From contig JAZDIZ010000104.1 of NCBI GenBank assembly GCA_043804515.1, forward strand, positions 1 to 27,831: DNA of 27,831 nt, written 5' to 3'. The notes beneath the pieces were generated by a model. It had not been told where the DNA came from. It worked only from the letters and a program-made list of their open reading frames with translations, and did not search any database. The translations under genes were made by a program, and so were the position numbers. Shown piece after piece: positions 17,412 to 27,112 of this stretch (position 1 is its first letter; each line of letters opens with the position of its first letter). This DNA is from Pseudomonadota bacterium (lineage in GTDB: Bacteria; Bdellovibrionota_G; JALEGL01; DATDPG01).

Positions 17412-20400
17412 ATGCCCCGGAGCGCCACAGACCTCACCTCGTCGCAATTCTTTTCCACGGCTGCTCTTCTGTCCCGGCGCGAAATCACGATCATCGCGAC
17501 GCCCGTCGATATTCAAAAATTCTTCAGCCGCGTCTTTGTTGAAAACGCCTCCATAAAGATTTCGATCCTTCATGAGGAGAGGCGCCTCGAAGCCGAATTA
17601 GCGGCCGTTTTCGGTGCGGAATTTGTTACCGGCTTACGGCTCAAACTCCCAGCCGAGGTTTGCGCTTCAATCAGGTCACCATTCGTGAATGTGCTCCTGT
17701 CGTGGCTTAATGAGATCCATCTCTTTTCCTTGGAAACTAAGGGAAGCACGCCGGAACAGGACGTGTCGCTGCCGCAGAAGATCTACAAAGTTCACAGACG
17801 TTTCGGAGATCGTCGTCCGGTGTCCGGGTCAGACCTAAAGGTCGCAATTCAAGGTCCCGATAAGCGGAATCTTTTTTCCGGAGAACTGGTGGACTTTTCG
17901 GACCGAGGGTTTGGCGTTCGCTGTGGGAAAGAAGCGCTGAAACTCCCGCTTCTGGAAGAAGTCGAGGTGCAAATCAAACGTGCGTCGGATCCACCGGTTT
18001 CGTTCAAGGCGGAGGTCGCGCACACGACCCCCCTTCCCGACAACACGGCGTTCGTTCTGGGGGTCCGCATCACGCGAGCCGCCGACCCGGCCATGCTTCA
18101 GAGCTTTTTGGGTTCTCTGTGCGTGAAAGCCTTTCCGACCGTTCGCGCCGCGCGGGAAAATCAGGATTTTGAAGGCGTAGCGGATCTCCTGACGGCGATG
18201 GCCGGCGTGGCGAGGCTTCCCAACCGGGAGCGGCTGATCGAAGCCTGGAAGAGGCTGGGCGAGGGCCCGGAGCGTCCGGCCGAGATCTTTCTGCAACAGC
18301 GAGGGGGGCGAGTAACCGCCACGATGACAGCCAGCCGCGTTTATTCGGCCACTTACCTTTTGCACACATTCGCGATCGAAAAGCGCGATGCGTTCCACCT
18401 GCCCGTGGAGATGTTCTACCGCATGTTTGATTTCATTATGCGGGAGCGGACCGCGGAGTTCGCATGCGGCATGTGGCCGGCGAGCCATCGGTTCATGGAT
18501 CGGTATTACGGAACGTTTGTCCGGCGGGATTTCGATCCTACGGATCACCATTTCGAGACCACTCGCGTGATGCGTTTCGTTCCGGCCCAGGGTGAGGATC
18601 CTTTCAAGGCTCAGGGACGTTACCGCACCGGAATCGCCACGCGGGAGGACGAGATCGCCGCGTGGGAAACCGCCAAAAGCAAGTTGAGCCCTGTTCTTTA
18701 TGAAGCTTCGGATTGGGGGCGGAAGGACATCAAGCTTTCGGAGATCGGTGAATCCTATGCCAAGGCGGGGCATCTCCGCCGCCGGGAGATCGTGACGGTA
18801 AAGGATGGAGACTCACTTCTGGCGTTCGCCGTCGTGGAGATCTCATCCGGCGCGGCCGGAGTCTTCGGCCTTTCCAACAGCTTCCGCATCTTCTTCATGC
18901 GCGGAGGCCAGGGGCGCTCTTCGGAAAAACAGGCGATCGTCAAAGCGCTCGTTTCCCAGGTTCTGGTCCAATATCGTAAGGACGGGATCGAAGCCTGTTG
19001 TCTCTATGGTGACAAGACTTGGGATTGGCTTTCCGGGATCCCGGGGTTCGCCGCCCTTCTCGGCGATGTCTCCCTTTGGATCGTCAGGCGCACGAGGGCC
19101 AAAGCGTTCTTGCGCCACTTGGAGCGTGTGAACTGGGAACTTTCGCTCTTCCGGGGAGGCAAAACGCGCGTCCGACCTTCGGTCCTCAAGGCATTCGATT
19201 ACGAGACGGAGCCGTTCAAGCCGCGCAAGTGCATGCGGTTGGAAAACCCGGAAGGGATCCCGGGCGTCCGAAGCCACGTTCATTTCGCCGATGGCACCGA
19301 GAACCCGGGCCGCGTCGTGAATCTGGATACGTATGGGACCAGCGTCATTCTGGATCGGTTATTGGACGTTAAGGCGGGGGATGAAATCACACTCGACGTC
19401 CAGTTCGAGAACCAACCCGAGTTTTCCCTCCGGTCCGTTGTGCGGTACCGGGAATCAAGGGTCGCCCCGGGGTTCCAAACCGAAGTGACCGTCCTGGGCC
19501 TCGAGTTTTTGGTCGCCCCGATGGCGCACTTGGAGACGATCCGGGAATTCGTCTTCCAAAGGCTCAACCCGGACGTAAAGATCCTGACCGAGGAGGATTT
19601 CGAACCACTCGCCCATCTCTTGGATCGAGCAAAGTATTTTGACTATTTCAAGCACACCAATCACCAGGAGCTCATGGAAGAAGCACGGCAGACCTATAAA
19701 GACCTTCCAAAGCTCTATCCTGGCATGGCCCGTGTGACGGCGCTTCGATCAGAAAACGCAGTGCTGGGAAGCCATTCCTTCTATCGCTTGAATACAAAGA
19801 CCTGGCAGTTACATCAACTCGCCGTGGATCCGGACCTCGCCCTTTATAAGCGAAAGATCCCTACTAAAGCGGTTTTGCAGAGCACCTTCCAGTATCTTTG
19901 CCTGGATCCGACGGTTGAATACCTTGTCACTTACTTTAACGATGAGGCCGCGATCGCCCGGGCCTATTTTGAAGGTGGTCACAGCCATGATAACGCGCGG
20001 GATATAGTCTTTCTCCCTTGCCGATGGACCCTTGTTGAGGACCTAGTCTCAGCCCAAGGACACCACGGCAGTACCTCGTGTGGGGAAGCCACCGAAAACG
20101 AGTTAACGGCGATCGCGGAACATCTCCTTTCGATTGTCCCGGCAATCGAATATGACTCCTTCTCGTTTGGCGATCCGACCCTGCGAGGGTTCCTCGCTGC
20201 TTGGGCTCAGACAGGGACGTTGAGGGCGAGAAAGGTATTTGTCGGCAGAGATAAGAAGAACGAAATACGGGTCTTCGCGCTCGTAAATCTGGGACCGCCG
20301 AACATAAATGTACTCGGCGTTCTGGACAACTTTCGACTGTTTGAGGTCCCATGGTGCAACGTCGACACAACGCAGATGCGAATTGATCTGACGGCCAAAG

Positions 20401-20621
20401 TTCTCGCCTATTACGCAGCACAAGACCGCAAAAGGGCCTATTTCGAGCGTGACGAACGGGATGGAGCTGATTACACGACTATAGGAGTCCATGATACCGG
20501 TCGCACCTGGCGACTAATTGCCCAGCGCCGTGTTTTCATGACCGCTTTACAGTTCTTCCTTGCCCGGTATGGAAAGCTCGAAGAGCGGCTTCTCACCCAG
20601 CAGGAGCGTCCCCACGTATGA
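17412..20621 (+). CDS. Large PilZ-domain protein with two tandem [PilZ + GNAT-like] units
   Basis: PilZ1 has RRFGDR...DFSDRG and PilZ2 has RKCMR...NLDTYG. The two ~475-aa halves align by eye. The GNAT-like call is an inference from the strand/helix pattern. Confidence 0.75.
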   Translation: MPRSATDLTSSQFFSTAALLSRREITIIATPVDIQKFFSRVFVENASIKISILHEERRLEAELAAVFGAEFVTGLRLKLPAEVCASIRSPFVNVLLSWLNEIHLFSLETKGSTPEQDVSLPQKIYKVHRRFGDRRPVSGSDLKVAIQGPDKRNLFSGELVDFSDRGFGVRCGKEALKLPLLEEVEVQIKRASDPPVSFKAEVAHTTPLPDNTAFVLGVRITRAADPAMLQSFLGSLCVKAFPTVRAARENQDFEGVADLLTAMAGVARLPNRERLIEAWKRLGEGPERPAEIFLQQRGGRVTATMTASRVYSATYLLHTFAIEKRDAFHLPVEMFYRMFDFIMRERTAEFACGMWPASHRFMDRYYGTFVRRDFDPTDHHFETTRVMRFVPAQGEDPFKAQGRYRTGIATREDEIAAWETAKSKLSPVLYEASDWGRKDIKLSEIGESYAKAGHLRRREIVTVKDGDSLLAFAVVEISSGAAGVFGLSNSFRIFFMRGGQGRSSEKQAIVKALVSQVLVQYRKDGIEACCLYGDKTWDWLSGIPGFAALLGDVSLWIVRRTRAKAFLRHLERVNWELSLFRGGKTRVRPSVLKAFDYETEPFKPRKCMRLENPEGIPGVRSHVHFADGTENPGRVVNLDTYGTSVILDRLLDVKAGDEITLDVQFENQPEFSLRSVVRYRESRVAPGFQTEVTVLGLEFLVAPMAHLETIREFVFQRLNPDVKILTEEDFEPLAHLLDRAKYFDYFKHTNHQELMEEARQTYKDLPKLYPGMARVTALRSENAVLGSHSFYRLNTKTWQLHQLAVDPDLALYKRKIPTKAVLQSTFQYLCLDPTVEYLVTYFNDEAAIARAYFEGGHSHDNARDIVFLPCRWTLVEDLVSAQGHHGSTSCGEATENELTAIAEHLLSIVPAIEYDSFSFGDPTLRGFLAAWAQTGTLRARKVFVGRDKKNEIRVFALVNLGPPNINVLGVLDNFRLFEVPWCNVDTTQMRIDLTAKVLAYYAAQDRKRAYFERDERDGADYTTIGVHDTGRTWRLIAQRRVFMTALQFFLARYGKLEERLLTQQERPHV

Positions 20622-23600
20622 GAGCAGTTCGCCCCCTGGGCCTTTATTCAACTTCACGGTCGCTCCTGTCGTTTTGCTTCTTAGTCCAATGCTTACTTCT
20701 CCACTTTGGCTGCCACCAGGCACAAGAACAAACCGAATTTCGACGCCTTCCGAGGGAATTCAGATTCCATGAAGGCGATGTTGTTCAAGGAAGCGACCCG
20801 AAATATGACGATAGCGCGTGGGAGAAGGTTAACGTTCCGTCAGAGGTCCCGATAAGCAGTTCGAACCACGACGGTTTCTTTTGGTATCGGGTCACATTCC
20901 CTTCACCAGATCTTGCCGACGAGACACTTGGTTTGTACCTCGGAAAGATCGGCGACATCGATGCGACCTATCTCAACGGACATTTGCTTGGAACCACGGG
21001 CAACTTCTATCCGAATGGTTCAGCTCCCGTACATAAGGTCCGCGTTTATCGCGTCCCTCAAACCTGGCTCACCAGAGCTCACGAAAACGTACTGGCTATT
21101 CGTGTTCAGAACATGTGGGGATTACATCGCGGTCTCTACGAGGGGGCGCCCGGCTTTGGGAACTATGAGGTTCTAGAACACAGGGCCGCGCTGAATTACT
21201 TTTTCACGAGTACTTTGAGCCTGCTCTTTGCTTTTTTCACGATATTCATGGGTATTTATCATCTATTTCTCTATTGGCGACTCCCATCTAAGCGTCTCAA
21301 TCTTCTCTATTGTTTTTTCGCCCTTGCCTCTTCCTATTTCATGCTGTCACTCGGGTTTAAGACGATCGAATGGTTTAGCGATTTAAGTTTGATCATGCGT
21401 CTTCACGCGTTATCCGCAATAATCACTCTGTTTCTGCTCCACGCTTACACGTTAAGCACGACTCACAGGCCGGCCCAGAAAGCAGATAAGGCCCTTGCTG
21501 CAGCAAATTTTGCTTTCTTGGTCGCAGTACTTATCCCGCGAACGCACCATGTGATTTTCCTGGTCTTCAATGCTTGGTATCCACTCGTAGTGATCGGTTT
21601 GATTTATCTCTCCGTGTTGGTGGTTCAGGCGAAAAGGCACGGGAGAAGAGACCTGACTCTCTTGGCGGTCTCAATGTTCGTCATGTTAGGCACGGCCTTG
21701 TCAGACATATTCTATGGACTGGGCTTGCTTCCCTTTGTTCAGATCTCCTCCGTGGGCTTTTTCGCATTAAACCTGGGCATCATGTTCGCGCTAGCGCACG
21801 ACTTCACCGGGGCGTACCTGAACGTCGAAGAGAAAGTTGAAGTCCGAACGCGGGAGCTGGCTGTGGCGAATGACCAGCTCCGTGCCTTGGACAAGATGAA
21901 GGAGAAATTCTTCGCGAACGTCTCGCACGATTTCAAGACGCCGCTGGCCGTGGCGTTTGCGCACATTGAGCAAGTCAAAGAAGCGGTCCAAGGTTCAGCC
22001 TTCGAAGGCCTGGCTGCCGCCGAAAGATCCCTCAATAAGCTCCAGGGCATGGTGGGGGAACTCTTGGACACGATGCGTGCCGAATCGGGTCAGTTTAAGC
22101 TCAAATGGGAGACCGGCCGGCCGGGCGAGATACTCCAACTCTGGCTTGAGCCTTACCACACCCTCTGTGCCCACAAAGGGCTCGAGTTTGTCATTCAGAA
22201 CGAAGTGGACCGATCGGTTAAAGTCCCGATGGATATAGGGCAAATGGAGCGGGTTCTGGCCAACCTGATCTCCAATGCGATCAAGTTCACCTCCCAGGGA
22301 TCGGTGACCGTTCGAGCGATCTCCGATGCGGCGAACTTGCGATTTGAAGTGATCGACACGGGACCGGGAATTTCCAAGCAGGATCGGGAAAAAATCTTCG
22401 ACCGTTATTACCAAGGATTCAACACGTCCTTACGGGATCACGGGGGCTCAGGGATCGGTCTTTCGTTTGTGAAAGAAGTCGTGGAGCTTCACCACGGATG
22501 TGTGTGGGTGGAACCCGCCGACGGCATCGGCTCCAAGTTTATTGTGACCCTGCCGGTTTCACAGGACGTGGAAATCACCGGTGAGTACAAAGCCGTGGGA
22601 GAACGACCCCGGGTCGAGTCCCTCCGGAGCGATTCGGATGTTCCGTTCCCGCCCTCCGAACCTCCGCGCGTGGACCCACACAAAGCCTCCGTCCTCATTG
22701 TGGAGGATAACGCCGAGATCGCTCTTACCATTCTCAATGCCCTTCGGGAGGCGTTTAACGTTTATTTCGCCCGGCATGGCCAGGAGGCCCTAGACCTCTT
22801 GGAAAAGACCGGCATGGACGGGATCCTGACGGACCTCATGATGCCGGTAATGGACGGAACCGAGCTTCTTAAACGCTTGCGCGCCGATCCGCGTTTTCAG
22901 GGGATTCCGGTGGTCATTCTATCCTCGAAGGGCGAAGCGGAGGATGTGGTCTCACACCTGAAACTGGGCGCGCAGGACTATGTCTCCAAGCCGTTCCGCA
23001 AGGACGTTCTTCTCGCCCGGCTCAGAGCCCAGATCGAACGGCGAAAGCTTTTTGAGCGGCTGCTGAGCGCCGACAAGATGGTGACGTTGGGCCTTCTCTC
23101 CTCCGGCATCTCGCATGAAATCCGCAATCCGCTGGGAATCGCGCAGTCCGGCGTGGACGGAGTCGAGAAGCTGGCCGCGCAATTCGACGATCTTCTCAAG
23201 GCCGGCGAGAACAAGGATCCGAAGGATGTGCTGGCCGCTTTTCGGGAGAGGCAGGAACGCCTGACTAAATTCGTTCAGCTCTCATCCAGGGCCATGGCCC
23301 GGATCCACAGAATCGTGGAAAGCATGAGAGGCTTCGCCTCCGGCTCCCAGCAGCGCGTCCAGATCGACATCCGCGAGGCGCTTCAAGAAGCGATAACGCT
23401 GGTAGCCGGAAAGGCCAAAAAGCGCCGTGTCGAGGTCTCGTGCGATAAAGGCGAGTCGCTCAAGATTCTGGGATACCCGACACTCAATCAGGTGTTCGTG
23501 AACCTTCTGGACAACGCCATCGATGCGTCACCGGAAGGGAGCGGAGTCGTACGAGTGCGTTTCAGTTCCTGGGACGGAGGAGCCCGCGTGGCCGTGGAAG

Positions 23601-23860
23601 ACAACGGTTCGGGCATCGCTCCCGATATCCTGCCCCACATTTTTGATCCCTTTGTGACGACCAAACCGCCGGAGCAGGGAACGGGCCTCGGGCTCTTTAT
23701 CGTGAAGAGGATTGTGGAACTCCAGCATGGGGGAAAGATCCGCGTGAAGAGCAAATTGGGCAATGGGGCGTTGTTTGAGATAGAGTTACTTGCGGAGGCC
23801 CCGGTAATGGACATCGAGGGGTTCAAACCGTTCCATGGGATCGATCTACAACTCACGTAG
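20618..23860 (+). CDS. Hybrid sensor kinase: galactose-binding-like jelly-roll + 7TM (7TMR-DISM-like) + HisKA/HATPase + REC + second HisKA/HATPase
   Basis: Sensor: DDSAWEKV/GFFWYRVTF/YLNG/ENVLAIRV, then 7 TMs. Kinase 1: SHDFKTPL, NLISNAIKF, DTGPGI, GSGIGL. REC: VEDN/TDLMMP/KPF. Kinase 2: SHEIRNPL, NLLDNAIDA, DNGSGI, GTGLGL. ATGA overlap with the upstream gene. Confidence 0.92.
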   Translation: MRAVRPLGLYSTSRSLLSFCFLVQCLLLHFGCHQAQEQTEFRRLPREFRFHEGDVVQGSDPKYDDSAWEKVNVPSEVPISSSNHDGFFWYRVTFPSPDLADETLGLYLGKIGDIDATYLNGHLLGTTGNFYPNGSAPVHKVRVYRVPQTWLTRAHENVLAIRVQNMWGLHRGLYEGAPGFGNYEVLEHRAALNYFFTSTLSLLFAFFTIFMGIYHLFLYWRLPSKRLNLLYCFFALASSYFMLSLGFKTIEWFSDLSLIMRLHALSAIITLFLLHAYTLSTTHRPAQKADKALAAANFAFLVAVLIPRTHHVIFLVFNAWYPLVVIGLIYLSVLVVQAKRHGRRDLTLLAVSMFVMLGTALSDIFYGLGLLPFVQISSVGFFALNLGIMFALAHDFTGAYLNVEEKVEVRTRELAVANDQLRALDKMKEKFFANVSHDFKTPLAVAFAHIEQVKEAVQGSAFEGLAAAERSLNKLQGMVGELLDTMRAESGQFKLKWETGRPGEILQLWLEPYHTLCAHKGLEFVIQNEVDRSVKVPMDIGQMERVLANLISNAIKFTSQGSVTVRAISDAANLRFEVIDTGPGISKQDREKIFDRYYQGFNTSLRDHGGSGIGLSFVKEVVELHHGCVWVEPADGIGSKFIVTLPVSQDVEITGEYKAVGERPRVESLRSDSDVPFPPSEPPRVDPHKASVLIVEDNAEIALTILNALREAFNVYFARHGQEALDLLEKTGMDGILTDLMMPVMDGTELLKRLRADPRFQGIPVVILSSKGEAEDVVSHLKLGAQDYVSKPFRKDVLLARLRAQIERRKLFERLLSADKMVTLGLLSSGISHEIRNPLGIAQSGVDGVEKLAAQFDDLLKAGENKDPKDVLAAFRERQERLTKFVQLSSRAMARIHRIVESMRGFASGSQQRVQIDIREALQEAITLVAGKAKKRRVEVSCDKGESLKILGYPTLNQVFVNLLDNAIDASPEGSGVVRVRFSSWDGGARVAVEDNGSGIAPDILPHIFDPFVTTKPPEQGTGLGLFIVKRIVELQHGGKIRVKSKLGNGALFEIELLAEAPVMDIEGFKPFHGIDLQLT

Positions 23861-24299
23861 CACACGAAAAACACCTCTGCGCGTCCTCTACATCGACGAC
23901 GAGGAGGACAATCTGGAGGTTTTTCAACTCCATTGTTCCGAGCGTTGGCGCGTCCGAACGCTTCTGAATGCGGAGCCGCTTTATAACGGTTCCCTATCCA
24001 TTGATGACTTCGACATCGTTTTCCTGGATCTAGTTTTCTTGGATCCCAAGGACCGTGATTCGATCAAGCGGCCGGACCCCTCGGGCGGATTCGCCGTCCT
24101 CAAGTGGCTGAGCGACCACCGGCCCAAAATGCCCGTCCTGATCGTGACCGGCATTGTGGATCCGGTCCTCAAGGGGCGCCTCGAGCGGATCGGTACGTGG
24201 ATCCGCTATTGTGAGAAGCCTGTTTCCTTCTCCCAAGTAGGGTTCATGGCCATGGTGGAGGAATTCGTCAACGCGATCGAGCATCCGCTCACGATTTAA
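23835..24299 (+). CDS. Stand-alone response regulator receiver (CheY-like)
   Basis: LYIDDE, VFLDL (phospho-Asp), IVTG and EKP, with no output domain. Overlaps the kinase 3' end by 26 nt. Confidence 0.85.
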   Translation: MGSIYNSRSTRKTPLRVLYIDDEEDNLEVFQLHCSERWRVRTLLNAEPLYNGSLSIDDFDIVFLDLVFLDPKDRDSIKRPDPSGGFAVLKWLSDHRPKMPVLIVTGIVDPVLKGRLERIGTWIRYCEKPVSFSQVGFMAMVEEFVNAIEHPLTI

Positions 24300-24316
24300 T
24301 TGTTTCCATTCTCACC

Positions 24317-24360
24317 GATCCGGTTCCGGCGTACGGATTCCGGACACCGGATTCCTGTTT
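24317..24360. repeat. Short tandem ~7-nt CCGG-core repeats, related to 8621-8661 in inverted orientation
   Basis: TCCGGT TCCGGCG TACGGAT TCCGGAC ACCGGAT TCCTGTT between convergent genes. Confidence 0.65.
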
Positions 24361-24362
24361 GT

Positions 24363-27053
24363 TTAATGCGCCTCGGCCCAATTGGCGCCGACGCCGACAT
24401 CCACGACAATCGGAACTTTGAGTGACATCGCGGATTCCATCCCGTTGCGGATCAATTTGCGGGCGGCTTCGATCTCATCTTCCGGAACCTCGAACACCAG
24501 TTCGTCGTGCACTTGGAGAAGCATTCTGCATTTCAGGTTGTTCTCCTTGAGGGCACGATGGATGCTTACCATGGCCACCTTGATGAGGTCGGCGGCGCTC
24601 CCCTGAATGGGGGTGTTGAGAGCGATGCGCTCGGCGTTGGAGGCAAGACCCGGATTGGGGCTTGAGATGTCGGGGATTTCACGCCGCCTCCCAAGGAGCG
24701 TCGTGACGTACCCTTTCTCGCGTGCCTGATCGATTTGGGAATCCAGATACCTCTTAACTCTGGCGTACTTCTCGAAGTATTTTTCGATGAATTCCTTTGC
24801 TTCCGCAAGCTTGATCCCGGTCTCCCTGGCAAGACGTTGGGGCCCCATCCCATAGAGGACGCCGAAGTTGATCGTTTTCGCCCTTCCTCTTAAAGCGCTG
24901 TCGACCTGATCCAGCGGGACGCCGAAGATGAGTGAGGCCGTGCGCCGGTGGACGTCATCCTTGCGCCGAAATGTTTCCACGAGGTTCGGATCGTCGGACA
25001 AGTGGGCCAGGATTCTGAGCTCGATCTGTGAATAATCGGCCGAAAGAATCCTCCAACCTTTCTCTCCCGGGATGAAGGCCTTGCGGATCTCCTTTCCGAG
25101 ATCCGTCCGGATCGGGATATTTTGCAGGTTCGGATCGGAGCTGGAGAGCCTGCCCGTGGCCGTCACCGTCTGATTGAACGACGTGTGGATCCTGTGGGTC
25201 GCGGGATGGACGAGCGCGGGCAGCGATTCAACATACGTGGAAAAGAGCTTGGATAGGTTCCGGTATTCCAGGAGAAGGGCGACGATGGGGTGCTCGGCGT
25301 AGGCCTCGAGCGTTTCCTGATCCGTGGCATACCCCGTCTGCGTCTTCTTGACACGTTTGATCCCGAGTCCTTCATGAATCCTGAGTTTCTCGAAGAGGAT
25401 GGGGCCCAGTTGCTTGGGCGAGTTGATGTTGAACTCTTCGCCGGCTTCCTTATGGATCGCCGCCGTAAGCTCGGCCAACCGACCCGAAAGCATGACGGAC
25501 AGTTCCTTCAACTTCGCCGAATCCACGGCGATTCCGGTTTTTTCCATGTCGCCGAGTACCTCGGTCAGCGGGAGTTCCACGTCGCGGTACAAGGAGCCCA
25601 AACCGTGGTGTTCGATCTGAGGGGCGAAAAGTTCGTGCAAACGGAACGCCATGTCCGCATCTTCGCACGCGTACTCCGCAAGCCGCTCCGGGTCGGCCTC
25701 CAGCATGGGGATCTGCTTCTTCCCTTTGCCGATCAGTTCGGAAGTGGGGATTTTTTGGATTCCCAGGTACTTGAGGGAAATCGTGTCGAGATTGTGCTGC
25801 CGGGCGGACGAATCCAGAAGGTACGATTCGATCATGGTGTCGAACGTGATGCCGCGAACATCGATGCCCGAGTTCGCGAACACCTGACGATCGTATTTGA
25901 CGTTCTGTCCCCCTTTGGGTTTCCCGGCGTCTTCCAAGAAAGGGCGGAGTGCCTTCCAAATCTCCTCCTCCGTGAGATCGGTTTTCGCAAACGGAACGAA
26001 GAACGCTTGTCCGGGTACCGTGCAGAACGAGATGCCGATGGCCTTCGCGTCGGCCGGATGCAGGCCCGTGGTTTCCGTATCCACGGAAATCAGCGGGGCC
26101 TTCTGAAGGATCCGGACCAAATCTTCCAGCCCCTTTTTGGTCACGACCCGTTCGTAATCCCTCGCGGCCGAAGGTGAGGGCGTGGGCCCACTCTTAGGCA
26201 GGGCCTCCAAGAGAGAGTGAAAATCCAGCTCTTGATAAAGCGTCCGTAGTCTCGGAATGTCGGGGCCGACGGCTTTCAGGCCGTCTACCGCCACTGGAAT
26301 GGGGGCGTCCAAACGCAGCGTGACCAGGTCCTTGCACATCCGGGCCTGGTCCTGGTGCAGACGGAGCTTCTCCCTCAGCTTTTCCGGCTGCACCTCTTCC
26401 AGCCGGCGGTACAAGTCGTCCAATGACCCGAATTCCTGGATCAGCTTTGTCGCGGTCTTTTCCCCCACGCCCGGTACGCCGGGCACATTGTCGGAGCTGT
26501 CCCCCATCAGCGCCATCAGGTCCGTGACGCGCTCAGGCGGAATGCCCCACTTCGCCTTCGCTCCCTCGGCGCCGATGACCTCGGGTTCTCCCCCCTTCTT
26601 AAGCGTGTACATCTTGATCTTGGGACCGACGATCTGGAGGAAATCCTTGTCCCCCGTCACCATGAACGTCTCGATCCCCTCCGCCGCAGCCCTTGTTGCC
26701 AGCGTGCCGATGATGTCGTCCGCCTCGTACGTGGGAAGCACTAGGAACGGGATCCGCAACGCCTCCACGACCTGTTGGATGTAGGGGAGTTGATCTTCCA
26801 GCTCCTCGGGCATCTTTTCCCGTGTGGCCTTGTACTCCTTGTATTGTTTATGCCGGAACGTGGCCTCGGCGGAGTCGAAAACCACGGCGATCCGTTCCGG
26901 CCGCTCCTTCTCGAGGATCCGGAGCAGGGCCATCGTAAAGCCGTAGACCGCACTCGTGCTCATCCCGCGGCTGTTCGTCAGCGGGTTGGAGCTGAAAGCG
27001 AAATGGCTCCGGTAGGCGAGGGCGGAACCGTCGATGAGGAAAAGGCGGGTCGT
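24363..27053 (-). CDS. polA: DNA polymerase I
   Basis: 5'-3' exo (LFLIDGSALAYR, EADDIIG, TGDKD, GDSSDNVPGVPGVGEKTA), 3'-5' exo (VDTET) and pol motifs (ADYSQIELR, KTINFGVLYG, QVHDEL). Homology extends 30 codons upstream of the ORF-track ATG, to an ACG at 27053. The true start is uncertain. Confidence 0.97.
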   Translation of the reverse strand, partial: TTRLFLIDGSALAYRSHFAFSSNPLTNSRGMSTSAVYGFTMALLRILEKERPERIAVVFDSAEATFRHKQYKEYKATREKMPEELEDQLPYIQQVVEALRIPFLVLPTYEADDIIGTLATRAAAEGIETFMVTGDKDFLQIVGPKIKMYTLKKGGEPEVIGAEGAKAKWGIPPERVTDLMALMGDSSDNVPGVPGVGEKTATKLIQEFGSLDDLYRRLEEVQPEKLREKLRLHQDQARMCKDLVTLRLDAPIPVAVDGLKAVGPDIPRLRTLYQELDFHSLLEALPKSGPTPSPSAARDYERVVTKKGLEDLVRILQKAPLISVDTETTGLHPADAKAIGISFCTVPGQAFFVPFAKTDLTEEEIWKALRPFLEDAGKPKGGQNVKYDRQVFANSGIDVRGITFDTMIESYLLDSSARQHNLDTISLKYLGIQKIPTSELIGKGKKQIPMLEADPERLAEYACEDADMAFRLHELFAPQIEHHGLGSLYRDVELPLTEVLGDMEKTGIAVDSAKLKELSVMLSGRLAELTAAIHKEAGEEFNINSPKQLGPILFEKLRIHEGLGIKRVKKTQTGYATDQETLEAYAEHPIVALLLEYRNLSKLFSTYVESLPALVHPATHRIHTSFNQTVTATGRLSSSDPNLQNIPIRTDLGKEIRKAFIPGEKGWRILSADYSQIELRILAHLSDDPNLVETFRRKDDVHRRTASLIFGVPLDQVDSALRGRAKTINFGVLYGMGPQRLARETGIKLAEAKEFIEKYFEKYARVKRYLDSQIDQAREKGYVTTLLGRRREIPDISSPNPGLASNAERIALNTPIQGSAADLIKVAMVSIHRALKENNLKCRMLLQVHDELVFEVPEDEIEAARKLIRNGMESAMSLKVPIVVDVGVGANWAEAH

Positions 27054-27112
27054 AGCGTGTGATTACCATAAAGCAGGGATCTGTTAAAATCCGCGCCCTG
27101 TCGAATTTGAAC

